Part shown: positions 1 through 7,773 of the stretch, one piece after another | Position numbering within the stretch: position 1 is the first letter of the stretch | Layout of the letters: the number at the start of each line of letters is the position of its first letter | DNA from: an uncultured virus (IMG/VR IMGVR_UViG_3300022902_000012) | Lineage: Duplodnaviria > Heunggongvirae > Uroviricota > Caudoviricetes | Virus record (IMG/VR): IMGVR_UViG_3300022902_000012 | Location: 51,993 to 71,992 of that record | DNA length: 20,000 bases | Strand: one strand, 5' to 3' | Made by a program: the position numbers and the translations under genes | The notes under the pieces: model-generated | What the model saw: only the letters and a program-made list of their open reading frames with translations | Told to the model about the DNA's origin: nothing | Databases searched by the model: none

Positions 1-72
1 ACAGGTCCCACAACACCGCAAGCTCTTCCACCCCTTCGGGGGGCGGTAGGGTTGATCCTGGCCCTGGCTCAT
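1..72 (-). CDS. Hypothetical protein, 5' part only (MSQGQDQPYRPPKGWKSLRCCGTC...), runs off the window
   Basis: ATG at 72, 3 nt after the stop of the preceding gene. Open to position 1 and contains a CxxC. Confidence 0.6.
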   Translation of the reverse strand, partial: MSQGQDQPYRPPKGWKSLRCCGTC

Positions 73-75
73 AAT

Positions 76-429
76 TCACCCCCGAGGGACAGGCCCCAAC
101 ACCCGCTCGAGCACAGCAAACCCGCACGCCAGAGGATCTTCCCCTCCGGTCCTCTGCATCTCAGCAACGATCATGTCCTCGAGGCACAGCTCACCCGTTC
201 CGATCTGACCGAGCAACCGACGGTACTCAAGTCCCTGACAGGCCGCCTCAAAGGAAGCCCCCACCGTCCTCAGGTAGGTCCCTATGTCCAGTCCCCCGGT
301 TCGTGCCACCATCGCAGTAGCAGTCCCACCAACGGTCACAGCTTCTTGCGGAGAAAGGTCAAGGGCATCCCCCCGCAACAGGTTCGTCAGCACATTGATC
401 GCCACTCCAATTCTTTCCTCATCGGTCAT
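76..429 (-). CDS. Hypothetical protein (117 aa)
   Basis: ATG at 429 overlaps the upstream stop (TGATG), with GGAG upstream. Confidence 0.75.
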   Translation of the reverse strand: MTDEERIGVAINVLTNLLRGDALDLSPQEAVTVGGTATAMVARTGGLDIGTYLRTVGASFEAACQGLEYRRLLGQIGTGELCLEDMIVAEMQRTGGEDPLACGFAVLERVLGPVPRG

Positions 430-581
430 CAAGACTCCATCAGCTCCTCGGCGATCACAGCGACCGCCTCCTCGGGATTCAATTCCCCCCGCCAGCTACG
501 ACAGGCATGCAGAATGTTGCACCCAACCAGCAACTGTTCGGGTCGAACAACCAACTTCACCACGATCCTCACATAGAACAT
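429..581 (-). CDS. Small hypothetical protein (50 aa, MFYVRIVVKLVV...)
   Basis: Start re-assigned to ATG 581 (TAATG overlap with the upstream gene). Its stop overlaps the next start. Confidence 0.6.
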   Translation of the reverse strand: MFYVRIVVKLVVRPEQLLVGCNILHACRSWRGELNPEEAVAVIAEELMES

Positions 582-1576
582 TAAACATCCCCTCTCAAGG
601 TGAGGCTGGACAATGGGATGGAACACTCCGTCCGAAGATCCTCGTTGCCTGGATTGCAAGGCAGCACGATCCCCACGGGCACACGACCCACCTCAGAACT
701 CGGGCTCATCACCACCAACCGATCAGACATCCCCCCGGCCGGTGCCCACAATTCGAAGCCGAATGCCTCGAGTGCCAGACACACAGGTAGAGCAATCCAA
801 TTCCATCCAACCCGCAAGAAGACCTCAGTCCCCCTCAACTCCGATGCTCCTATCTCCTTGCGAAGACGGGCTGCACCTATCCCCCGACCATCGGTACCTA
901 CAACCTCGAGACTCATGGACTGACGGTCCCACCAACCAACATCATCTGCCAGGTCGTCAACCCCTTTTCTTACCTGCAGTTCACAGCTGGCTGGCCTCGG
1001 GACGTCATCCTCCCATCCCAGATCAAACAGACAGCGAGTTACCAATCCGCCGCCCACTATGACTCTCCACTGTCGTACTAACCAGCCCGACTTCGGCAAC
1101 AGAGCATCGGCGAGAGTCCCGCTTGCAAACATCCCCTCCCGTTCGATGTCGCCTACCAAGCCCCCATCTTGACGTGACCAGAGCCAGTCCACAGGAGTAT
1201 CGCCTTCCTCCCCAACGGACCGAGGCATTCCCGCCATCTTACAAGCCACCCCCATCAACCGGGCCATCCTCCGATGTGGCTTGTACCCCAGTAGAGTCTT
1301 GTCCTGATTGTGCACCCCGATTCCACGCAGGCTCGGATGCCACAGGGCCCACCAGTTACTTACCAGCACAGGCCATGGTGCCCACTCGCATACTCCATAT
1401 CCTAACTTGGACAGCTGACCCCCAACACCACCCCCCTCCAGCAATGCCTCCGGTCGGTACACCTTGACACCCGGCCCCAAGTCTCCACGGCCGTATCCTG
1501 ACCCATGAAATGGATTGATTGTAGGAGTGATTGTGGGAATGGCTTTGCCATCCCCACACGAGTTAGATTTATTCAT
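581..1576 (-). CDS. Hypothetical protein (331 aa, Gly/Trp-rich)
   Basis: Long ORF. ATG 1576 has AGGAG 10 nt upstream and overlaps the end of the previous gene. Confidence 0.8.
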   Translation of the reverse strand: MNKSNSCGDGKAIPTITPTINPFHGSGYGRGDLGPGVKVYRPEALLEGGGVGGQLSKLGYGVCEWAPWPVLVSNWWALWHPSLRGIGVHNQDKTLLGYKPHRRMARLMGVACKMAGMPRSVGEEGDTPVDWLWSRQDGGLVGDIEREGMFASGTLADALLPKSGWLVRQWRVIVGGGLVTRCLFDLGWEDDVPRPASCELQVRKGVDDLADDVGWWDRQSMSLEVVGTDGRGIGAARLRKEIGASELRGTEVFLRVGWNWIALPVCLALEAFGFELWAPAGGMSDRLVVMSPSSEVGRVPVGIVLPCNPGNEDLRTECSIPLSSLTLRGDV

Positions 1577-2015
1577 CGTCAGAATTCTCCTTGATACGTA
1601 ACCCAAGCCCCTTGGCGCTTACCGCATACCCCCCAACCGAGAAGGTGCATAATCCTGGAAGAGAGATTTGTTCAGTTCGGATTACAGAGTAAACGGGAGG
1701 TGCTGCCCGCCTTGCGAAAGGCAGCAGTCCGACCAAACGGTCCATCAGGGATCCCCCAAACTCCGCTCTGGCGTCCACCAAATGGGTGATTGATACAAGA
1801 GTGCCCTGGGCTGTTGCATAACGGTAGTGCTTCCTTGACGACGCCACGTACTCCCCGGGTCCACTACGAGGGTAGAAGCTCACCGACACAGGCATCGCGG
1901 CGCGCAAAGGCACCTCAGCCGCACAAAAGAAGCTCTTCGCAGCCCGAACGAACCCCATAGCAGCAGGGGCGGCCCCCCTCAACGCAGCAGCCATCTCCCG
2001 ATCCAACCTGTTCAT
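1569..2015 (-). CDS. Hypothetical protein (148 aa)
   Basis: ATGA overlap with the upstream gene; fits the gene tiling. Confidence 0.75.
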   Translation of the reverse strand: MNRLDREMAAALRGAAPAAMGFVRAAKSFFCAAEVPLRAAMPVSVSFYPRSGPGEYVASSRKHYRYATAQGTLVSITHLVDARAEFGGSLMDRLVGLLPFARRAAPPVYSVIRTEQISLPGLCTFSVGGYAVSAKGLGLRIKENSDDE

Positions 2016-2464
2016 CTCTTCGGCCCACCCTCTTTCCCCTTAGGGACAGGCAGCAGATCAGAGTCAGGAGTTGGCAGGGGGAAAGGATACTGAGCAGTTA
2101 CTTCACTTGCCGCCATCTTCCCCACCATCAGATCGATCAGCGCGCAGGTGATAGTGCCACGGACTTTCATGTCATCCAGATACTGGACCCATGGTTTGCC
2201 TTGGATCAATTTCCGCATAACATCTTGGACGTCCATCCCTACCTTGGTTATTACCCCTTCAGCAGAAGTCAATCCGATGACTGCAACGAATGCGTCCAGG
2301 CAGGCCTCGAGCACATGAATATTGTAGATCCACTTAGGATCAGTCGCTGACCACTTCCCAATCAGCTCACGAAGGCAGTTAACATTTGAATCCTGTAGTT
2401 CGTACCAACCCTTCGAGTACAAGATAATGTGCTGGGACAAAGTTCCCCTATCAGGATTACTCAT
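2012..2464 (-). CDS. Hypothetical protein (150 aa)
   Basis: GGAGGG SD 10 nt upstream of the ATG. First gene after the candidate promoter. Confidence 0.8.
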   Translation of the reverse strand: MSNPDRGTLSQHIILYSKGWYELQDSNVNCLRELIGKWSATDPKWIYNIHVLEACLDAFVAVIGLTSAEGVITKVGMDVQDVMRKLIQGKPWVQYLDDMKVRGTITCALIDLMVGKMAASEVTAQYPFPLPTPDSDLLPVPKGKEGGPKR

Positions 2465-2487
2465 CGCAGTGGTTCCCTCCGGAGATC

Positions 2488-2518
2488 AGGTTATGCCACG
2501 TGTGGCACACAAAGTCAA
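2488..2518 (-). promoter_or_regulatory. Candidate sigma70-type promoter TTGACT-N19-TAACCT (or N17-CATAAC) with dyad TGCCAC-N2-GTGGCA in the spacer
   Basis: Lies in one of very few intergenic gaps (2465-2524). -35 at 2513-2518, -10 at 2488-2493, inverted repeat 2494-2507, followed by an SD and ATG 2464. Confidence 0.5.
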
Positions 2519-2524
2519 GGAGAC

Positions 2525-4097
2525 TCAACAACCCCAATAGTCCCTCACTTGCTCATGAAGATCATACAGGGCGATGTTGAAAACATTGGGGCTCCAAAGT
2601 CCTGCCAGTCCAGCCTTCAGGTTATCCCCAAAGAACCTCCCGAAGATCCCCTCGAGTTTTCTCAAGGACGCCCAGTCAGTTTCCCCGAACGAGCGGTCCC
2701 GGAACAACCCCCCCACAGATTTATATATCGAGGACCAAGAGTCCTCGAGCATCCTACAGAACATCCCTACCTGGCTGTCCCTCCAAGCATAAGATGGCTC
2801 GAGATACTCTTTCCCTCCAGGGAAAGCAAGGCGCCCCTCCCTCGACAACCGATCACACAGCTTGGTCCCCGGGAACACACGCAGGTGCATGTCGGGATGC
2901 CGGAACACCTGTTGCAATGCCATCATTCTCCCCCAGGAAGCCCAGCGACTCCTCGAGCTCCTCCCACGTGGTGTCAGGACCAAACAAGATCCGACCGAGG
3001 TTCACCCGTATCCCTGCCCTACGCAGCCCGAGCACAGCAGTTCTCACATCCCTGGACTTCACTCCCTTCCCCAAGTACCCAAGCATCCGATCCGACCCAC
3101 TCTCGGCCCCGAGGAACACGGTCTTCATCCCTGACCTATTCAGTTGCTTCAACAGGTCCATGTCCAGTTGCCCACCCCAGTTCAGGGAGTCGGCCCGAAG
3201 CTCCACCTTGTACTCGATATCCAACTCACGTTCCAGGATCTCGTGGGCAATCTCAGTGGCATGGTCCCATCCATCCATCCCCTTTGGCAGGAACAGGTCA
3301 TCATTGAAGTAGAACCGACGGATCCCCCTCTGCTTAACCATCACTTCGATCTCATCGACGACATCCCCAGCATCCCGACCAATCCAAGAAGGCTGTCCAC
3401 AAAGCTTGCGGACGGCCGGCGTGGTGCAGAAGCTGCAGTTGTGGGGGCACCCGCGGCTCGCCAGGATCCGGGCACACTGTTGTCCATCACCCATCTCATC
3501 GAGCACAGCTCGGTCAGGCTGCAGCCCTTTCCATACCTCCGAGTCACTCACCTTCTCAGTAGCCGGGCCTGTAAAAATGGGGGCAGGACATCCGGCCCGA
3601 GGTCGGAAACCGATACCCATGACACCAGTCATATAGGTTGTTGGGGGCTCCCCCAGTCTATTAGCCAGACAGACGGCAGAGGCAACCTCGGGGGCAGTCA
3701 GTTCCCCGTCCCCCAGTACAACCACATCACAGGCTGTTGTCTCCCAGTCCTCGAGGATCGCACGGGCGCACAGACTAGCATGGTGTCCGCCCCAACAAAC
3801 CACAGGGGACTCGAGCCTCCACATAGCCCGGACATCCCGGCTGACCCGACTTACCACCTCCGCATTCGAACAGTCCACCGTGAACCCAACCATACCAGCC
3901 ATAGGAATCCGGGACAGAGTTGTCACTACTTTGGCGACACCACCCATCACCCCGCTATCCAGGATCCTCACCTCATGCCCACACCCCCGCAAAGAGGCAG
4001 ACACATAGGCCAGGCCCAGGTGTTCGTCGGCATGAACCCGTTGTCTAACCAGGTCGCCCCCAGCCTCGGTCAGTAATCTCACCAGATAGATCAACAT
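2525..4097 (-). CDS. Cobalamin (B12)-binding domain radical SAM protein (class B-like), frameshifted near 2930-2934
   Basis: B12-binding motifs EHLGLAYVSASLR, WGGHHAS and DVVVLGDGE; SRGCPHNCSFC (CxxxCxxC); FYFNDDLF; FLGAESGS..L..LGKG; ILFGPDTT. The conserved (T/R)xFPGT motif (LRVFPGTKL) lies in the overlapping frame 2525-2983. Removing one base gives a 523-aa protein. Confidence 0.9.
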
Positions 4098-5053
4098 CAG
4101 CCTGGCTCCCTCATGTACGTGCAGTCATCGTTGCCGCAGTGCATGCAGCCAGGCTCTCCTGTCTTGCACTGATGGAGGTCCGCCCCACACTCCGGACACT
4201 TCTCAACATCGTCGTCAGCCTCACCTTTGCTTCCGCAATGAGCGCACTCAAAATGCTCCGGGCTGGCTTTTTTCAGGTTTTCAGCCAGGCACCTGTCCCT
4301 ATCGACAACGGCTGTAATATTGAAAAGCGGGTCTCCACCTTCCTCAGTCCTGCTCTCACACTCGGGATTACTGCAACGAATCAATTCCATAGTCTCCAGG
4401 GCGTACATGGCGTCACGCACCTCGACCAGCTCATGCACGGCTGTGTCCATCATTCTGGCAGCCTCCGCTGCTGCTTCGGCCACAGAGACGGCCTCGAGGC
4501 AGGCATCGCCGATCTCAATGCAGATGAATCGCGCCAGGCCATCCCCTTCAGAGTTCTCTCGGATAAGGTCCCCCCCATCTGGGTACGCCTGGCGGGCAGA
4601 TGTGAGCAGCACTTCTCTGATGTCCCTTGTCATCTCTGCGACAACTCTGTCTCTAATGTTTTCCGTCTCCACGTCGACAGGTAGCACATCCCCTCGTCGG
4701 CTGGCAGTGAACATGGCCTTGGCCGTCTCGATGTGGACATCGTGGTCCTCGCTCACCCACAGTGGATCCTTGATACTCAGGGTAAGCCATGCGGTGTCAA
4801 CGTCAGCCTGTACCACAGAAGGATGCACCTCGATACGAGGTACCTTCTCGCCAGGAAACGTGCTGCCGATGACGAGGCGGGCATCCCACCGAACGCGCTG
4901 CCAGAGCATCTCACGCAATGGAGTCAACTGCCCCAGACAGCCAATCAGGTCCATGCCTCCGTTGGCGTGCTCGACAACCTCGATCCCGCGGTGCTTGCAC
5001 AGCCGCCGGATGATGGTTCCCCTCTTCATATTTTCATCCACCCCTCGCGGCAT
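4097..5053 (-). CDS. Multidomain hypothetical protein (318 aa) with C-terminal Zn-ribbons
   Basis: TGATG overlaps at both ends. Motifs GDGLARFICIEI, CSNPEC...CAHC and CPEC...CMHC. Confidence 0.8.
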   Translation of the reverse strand: MPRGVDENMKRGTIIRRLCKHRGIEVVEHANGGMDLIGCLGQLTPLREMLWQRVRWDARLVIGSTFPGEKVPRIEVHPSVVQADVDTAWLTLSIKDPLWVSEDHDVHIETAKAMFTASRRGDVLPVDVETENIRDRVVAEMTRDIREVLLTSARQAYPDGGDLIRENSEGDGLARFICIEIGDACLEAVSVAEAAAEAARMMDTAVHELVEVRDAMYALETMELIRCSNPECESRTEEGGDPLFNITAVVDRDRCLAENLKKASPEHFECAHCGSKGEADDDVEKCPECGADLHQCKTGEPGCMHCGNDDCTYMREPG

Positions 5054-5364
5054 CAGGCGTCTTCGATGGCATCGGAGAAGTGGTCCTCGAGGACATCCAC
5101 GTCATCGTTGTGCTCCAACCAGGCCCTGGCTTCCGCAGGTGTCAGGGGGGCGATACCCTCACCACTGCCACGTCCATGCTGCATATCCCCCTCACCCCAG
5201 CGGGTCATAGGCCCTCCCATTCCGTGGAGGAACCAGGTTCCCTTCTTCGTCAAGTACAGGTCTTCGGAGTACTGATCGAAGTCTCCGGCGTAGCCGCGGC
5301 TGAACGACGCCACACACTCAGCCGTGGCTGTGTTGTACCGCTTCCCATCAATGATCTTGATCAT
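5053..5364 (-). CDS. Conserved phage/MGE-type hypothetical protein (103 aa)
   Basis: Pattern KIIDGKRYNTATA...DF...EDLY.T.KG.WFL.G.GGP...I.PL...EA..W.E recognised from phage hypotheticals. ATGA overlap, GAGGAAGG SD. Confidence 0.85.
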   Translation of the reverse strand: MIKIIDGKRYNTATAECVASFSRGYAGDFDQYSEDLYLTKKGTWFLHGMGGPMTRWGEGDMQHGRGSGEGIAPLTPAEARAWLEHNDDVDVLEDHFSDAIEDA

Positions 5365-5765
5365 GTCCCTTCCTCCTCGTCTATCGGATAAGGCCAGTCC
5401 TCACCCGTCTGATGTTCGAAGTCCCCCTTATCCACCCACACCCAGGCTTGCACGTAGGCCCCACCCCCATCCGCTCCGACCGACACATAAGCGTCGTCAT
5501 CGATCTCCAACTCACCCTCGATGTAGTGCCGACGCTTGGTATACTCCACCACAGCATCATGCTCGGCTGTGTCAGCAGATAGCTTGAGACGGGTCAGCGC
5601 AGTAACCAGCAGGTCCTTAGCCTTGGTAGACGTTGCCCACCCATGTTTGTGCAGGCACACCTTGAGCCAGTTCACGGCCTCATGGACCACGGGCGGGGCG
5701 TGCCCTGGCTCTTCGTTCTTTGTCGCGAACTCAGCCGGCCGACTCTTCACTCTGTCACTACTCAC
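5361..5765 (-). CDS. Hypothetical protein (134 aa) with EGELEIDDDA.VS...GAYVQAWVWV motif
   Basis: GTGA overlap start. The C-terminal motif is one I recognise from plasmid/phage hypotheticals. Confidence 0.8.
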   Translation of the reverse strand: MSSDRVKSRPAEFATKNEEPGHAPPVVHEAVNWLKVCLHKHGWATSTKAKDLLVTALTRLKLSADTAEHDAVVEYTKRRHYIEGELEIDDDAYVSVGADGGGAYVQAWVWVDKGDFEHQTGEDWPYPIDEEEGT

Positions 5766-6046
5766 GGAAGGTAGCCCTCACAATCAGGATCTTCGACCAG
5801 GCCCAAGGCATTCTTAACTACCCTGAACCCGCTACAATCCTTTTGCAGTTTCCTCTTCAGTTCTTCGACAGGGGAGACATCAAGCCAGATATTAAAAGAT
5901 GGGTAGTCTGCTGGATTGTAGGTAGCAAATAAGGTCGGACCATGGGGAGCTTTAACTATTAGGACAGCAGCACCATCATCGTTGAGCAACAAGGTATTAC
6001 CTCTCTCGCAAACCCCCCCGTTGGCAAACAACTCATGTGCGTTCAT
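5762..6046 (-). CDS. Hypothetical protein (94 aa), lower GC
   Basis: ATGA overlap. About 49% GC by hand count. Confidence 0.7.
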   Translation of the reverse strand: MNAHELFANGGVCERGNTLLLNDDGAAVLIVKAPHGPTLFATYNPADYPSFNIWLDVSPVEELKRKLQKDCSGFRVVKNALGLVEDPDCEGYLP

Positions 6047-6480
6047 CGGGACGCCCCTGCAATCTTAGCCTTCCTACATTGGCGGTCTTCAATGTTGGTC
6101 CACCATGCCTGCTCAGGGGGGCGGAGGCCAAAGCCCTTCTCGAGCATCTCAACACGGCAGGCCAGCAGCAGCCACCGGGCCTGGAGGAAATTCATGTACG
6201 CGGCGGCGCGTTCACCTCCATCATCATCCTTGAATCTTGGATCCTCTCTAAAGGTGAAGTCACCAACAGTTCCTTGGAAATCACACTCAGGGCACTCACA
6301 GTAACTTTGATTGCCCCAGATGGTATCTCCAGAAGGTGCTTCATTTCCATCATCATAGATGTCTAGTACCTCGGTGCATGTCATCTCGATCCGCAGGGAA
6401 TCCTGGTGCCCACAACAGGGACAGCACATCCCCCTAAGGGCGTTGACGTTCATGTCCTCAGCCGTTAACTGTTTATGCAT
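6043..6480 (-). CDS. Zn-ribbon hypothetical protein (145 aa)
   Basis: CCPCCG...CECPECDFQGTVGDF motifs. TGATG overlap. Confidence 0.8.
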   Translation of the reverse strand: MHKQLTAEDMNVNALRGMCCPCCGHQDSLRIEMTCTEVLDIYDDGNEAPSGDTIWGNQSYCECPECDFQGTVGDFTFREDPRFKDDDGGERAAAYMNFLQARWLLLACRVEMLEKGFGLRPPEQAWWTNIEDRQCRKAKIAGASR

Positions 6481-7199
6481 CAGACCGTCTCCCCATCAAA
6501 CACAGGATCGTTGCCAGCTTCCCCAAGGTCAGGCTCACTCCCGCCAAGAGTCCGGCCCCCCGCGGCACCATACATCTTGAGCATCAGGTTGGACGCCGGA
6601 CAATCAGGGGCACGCTCCCCATCCTGCACATCCCCAGCGTACCGACGCAGCCCGGCCAGGCAATCCCCACCCATGAAGTCCCGAGCCGACGAACCAATCC
6701 TATTCACAGGCCTATCAAGCAAGTCCTCCATCAATCTCTCATCGGCCAGGATCTCTTCGGCCCGCTTGACCCCCCGACTTACAGCCCACCCGAACCGCGG
6801 CGCCGAGTCATCATCCAGCGGCGCCCTCGTACCGTGCGTCCGCAAGGCATCAGCCAACAGAGGAAACAGTTTCCCCAGTTTCTCACCGTCGTCCAGTTCC
6901 TCATCGGCAACCATCTCGGCGTAGTAGTCTTGTTGTCCACAGTAATCCAAGGCGCTATTCCAGACAGAGGCATCAACCCCCAGTACATCAACGAGCTGCA
7001 CCTCCCACACAAACTGATCCCCTCCGCCACCACGCCAGTCATCCCCGCAGGCATCTTGCATGTCCGTCACTTCAACGAACAGGTACCGATGCGCAACCTT
7101 CCCAGCCTCGCCAGTCAACGACTTGCAGTAGACCGCGTGGGTATCCTCGTACCAGACTTCCCACCCTCGGGCCTCAGCCCACTTGCCCAGCTCACTCAT
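6480..7199 (-). CDS. Acidic hypothetical protein (239 aa)
   Basis: ATG 7199 (TGATG overlap, GGAG SD). Motif LDRPVNRIGSSARDFMGGD. Confidence 0.85.
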   Translation of the reverse strand: MSELGKWAEARGWEVWYEDTHAVYCKSLTGEAGKVAHRYLFVEVTDMQDACGDDWRGGGGDQFVWEVQLVDVLGVDASVWNSALDYCGQQDYYAEMVADEELDDGEKLGKLFPLLADALRTHGTRAPLDDDSAPRFGWAVSRGVKRAEEILADERLMEDLLDRPVNRIGSSARDFMGGDCLAGLRRYAGDVQDGERAPDCPASNLMLKMYGAAGGRTLGGSEPDLGEAGNDPVFDGETV

Positions 7200-7771
7200 C
7201 AAGTTGTCTCCCCATACCAGGGCAGATAGCCGCAGGCATCAATCTCGAACGGGTCCTGTCCCTCGTCACCGTCGTAACCATTCAGCTCCAGGTTGAGATT
7301 GTCGATGTCCATGCCGTTGTCCTCATGGCTATCAGTCCAGGCCACCCCATGGCCTACGATAGGCATCACCTGGTAGTGCCCCCAACCATCCAGGTCATCG
7401 AGGGCGTCAGCCTTACCAGCCCACTGCCACCAGCCACCCTCAGTCTGTGCCCGCTCGATCTTGCATGCCAGCTGTTCGGCATACCAGTCAGCTTGCTTGA
7501 ACCCCAACTCATAGCGGGCATCAGCATCCCCCTTGTCTGGGGCAATATCCATGAGGTCTACCCCCATCAAGCTCCGACCCCCAAAGGCCCGAGCACTATC
7601 AGGCATGCCAGCATATTCCTCGTCGGTCAGATCATCGTTGTCCGACAGCCACGACTCACCACCAGGCTTGTCCTCCTCGCAGGAGATCCAGGCCAGCACG
7701 AAGATGGTCCGAGCCATCGACTCGACAACCTCGGCACGCACTTCGCTCACTTCCATCTCAGTCTTCGGCAT
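7199..7771 (-). CDS. Highly acidic hypothetical protein (190 aa) with GH...M...GHGV.W.D.H motif
   Basis: GGAGGAG SD. About 43 D/E versus about 12 K/R by hand count. Confidence 0.85.
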   Translation of the reverse strand: MPKTEMEVSEVRAEVVESMARTIFVLAWISCEEDKPGGESWLSDNDDLTDEEYAGMPDSARAFGGRSLMGVDLMDIAPDKGDADARYELGFKQADWYAEQLACKIERAQTEGGWWQWAGKADALDDLDGWGHYQVMPIVGHGVAWTDSHEDNGMDIDNLNLELNGYDGDEGQDPFEIDACGYLPWYGETT

Positions 7772-7773
7772 TA

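Noticed and set aside
2525..2983. 152-aa ORF as an independent gene
   Set aside because: It carries the FPGT motif and C-terminal part expected of the upstream radical SAM protein, so it is better explained as the frameshifted 3' part.
2012..5364. RiPP cluster around the radical SAM enzyme
   Set aside because: No evident precursor peptide, RRE, SPASM domain, peptidase or transporter nearby.
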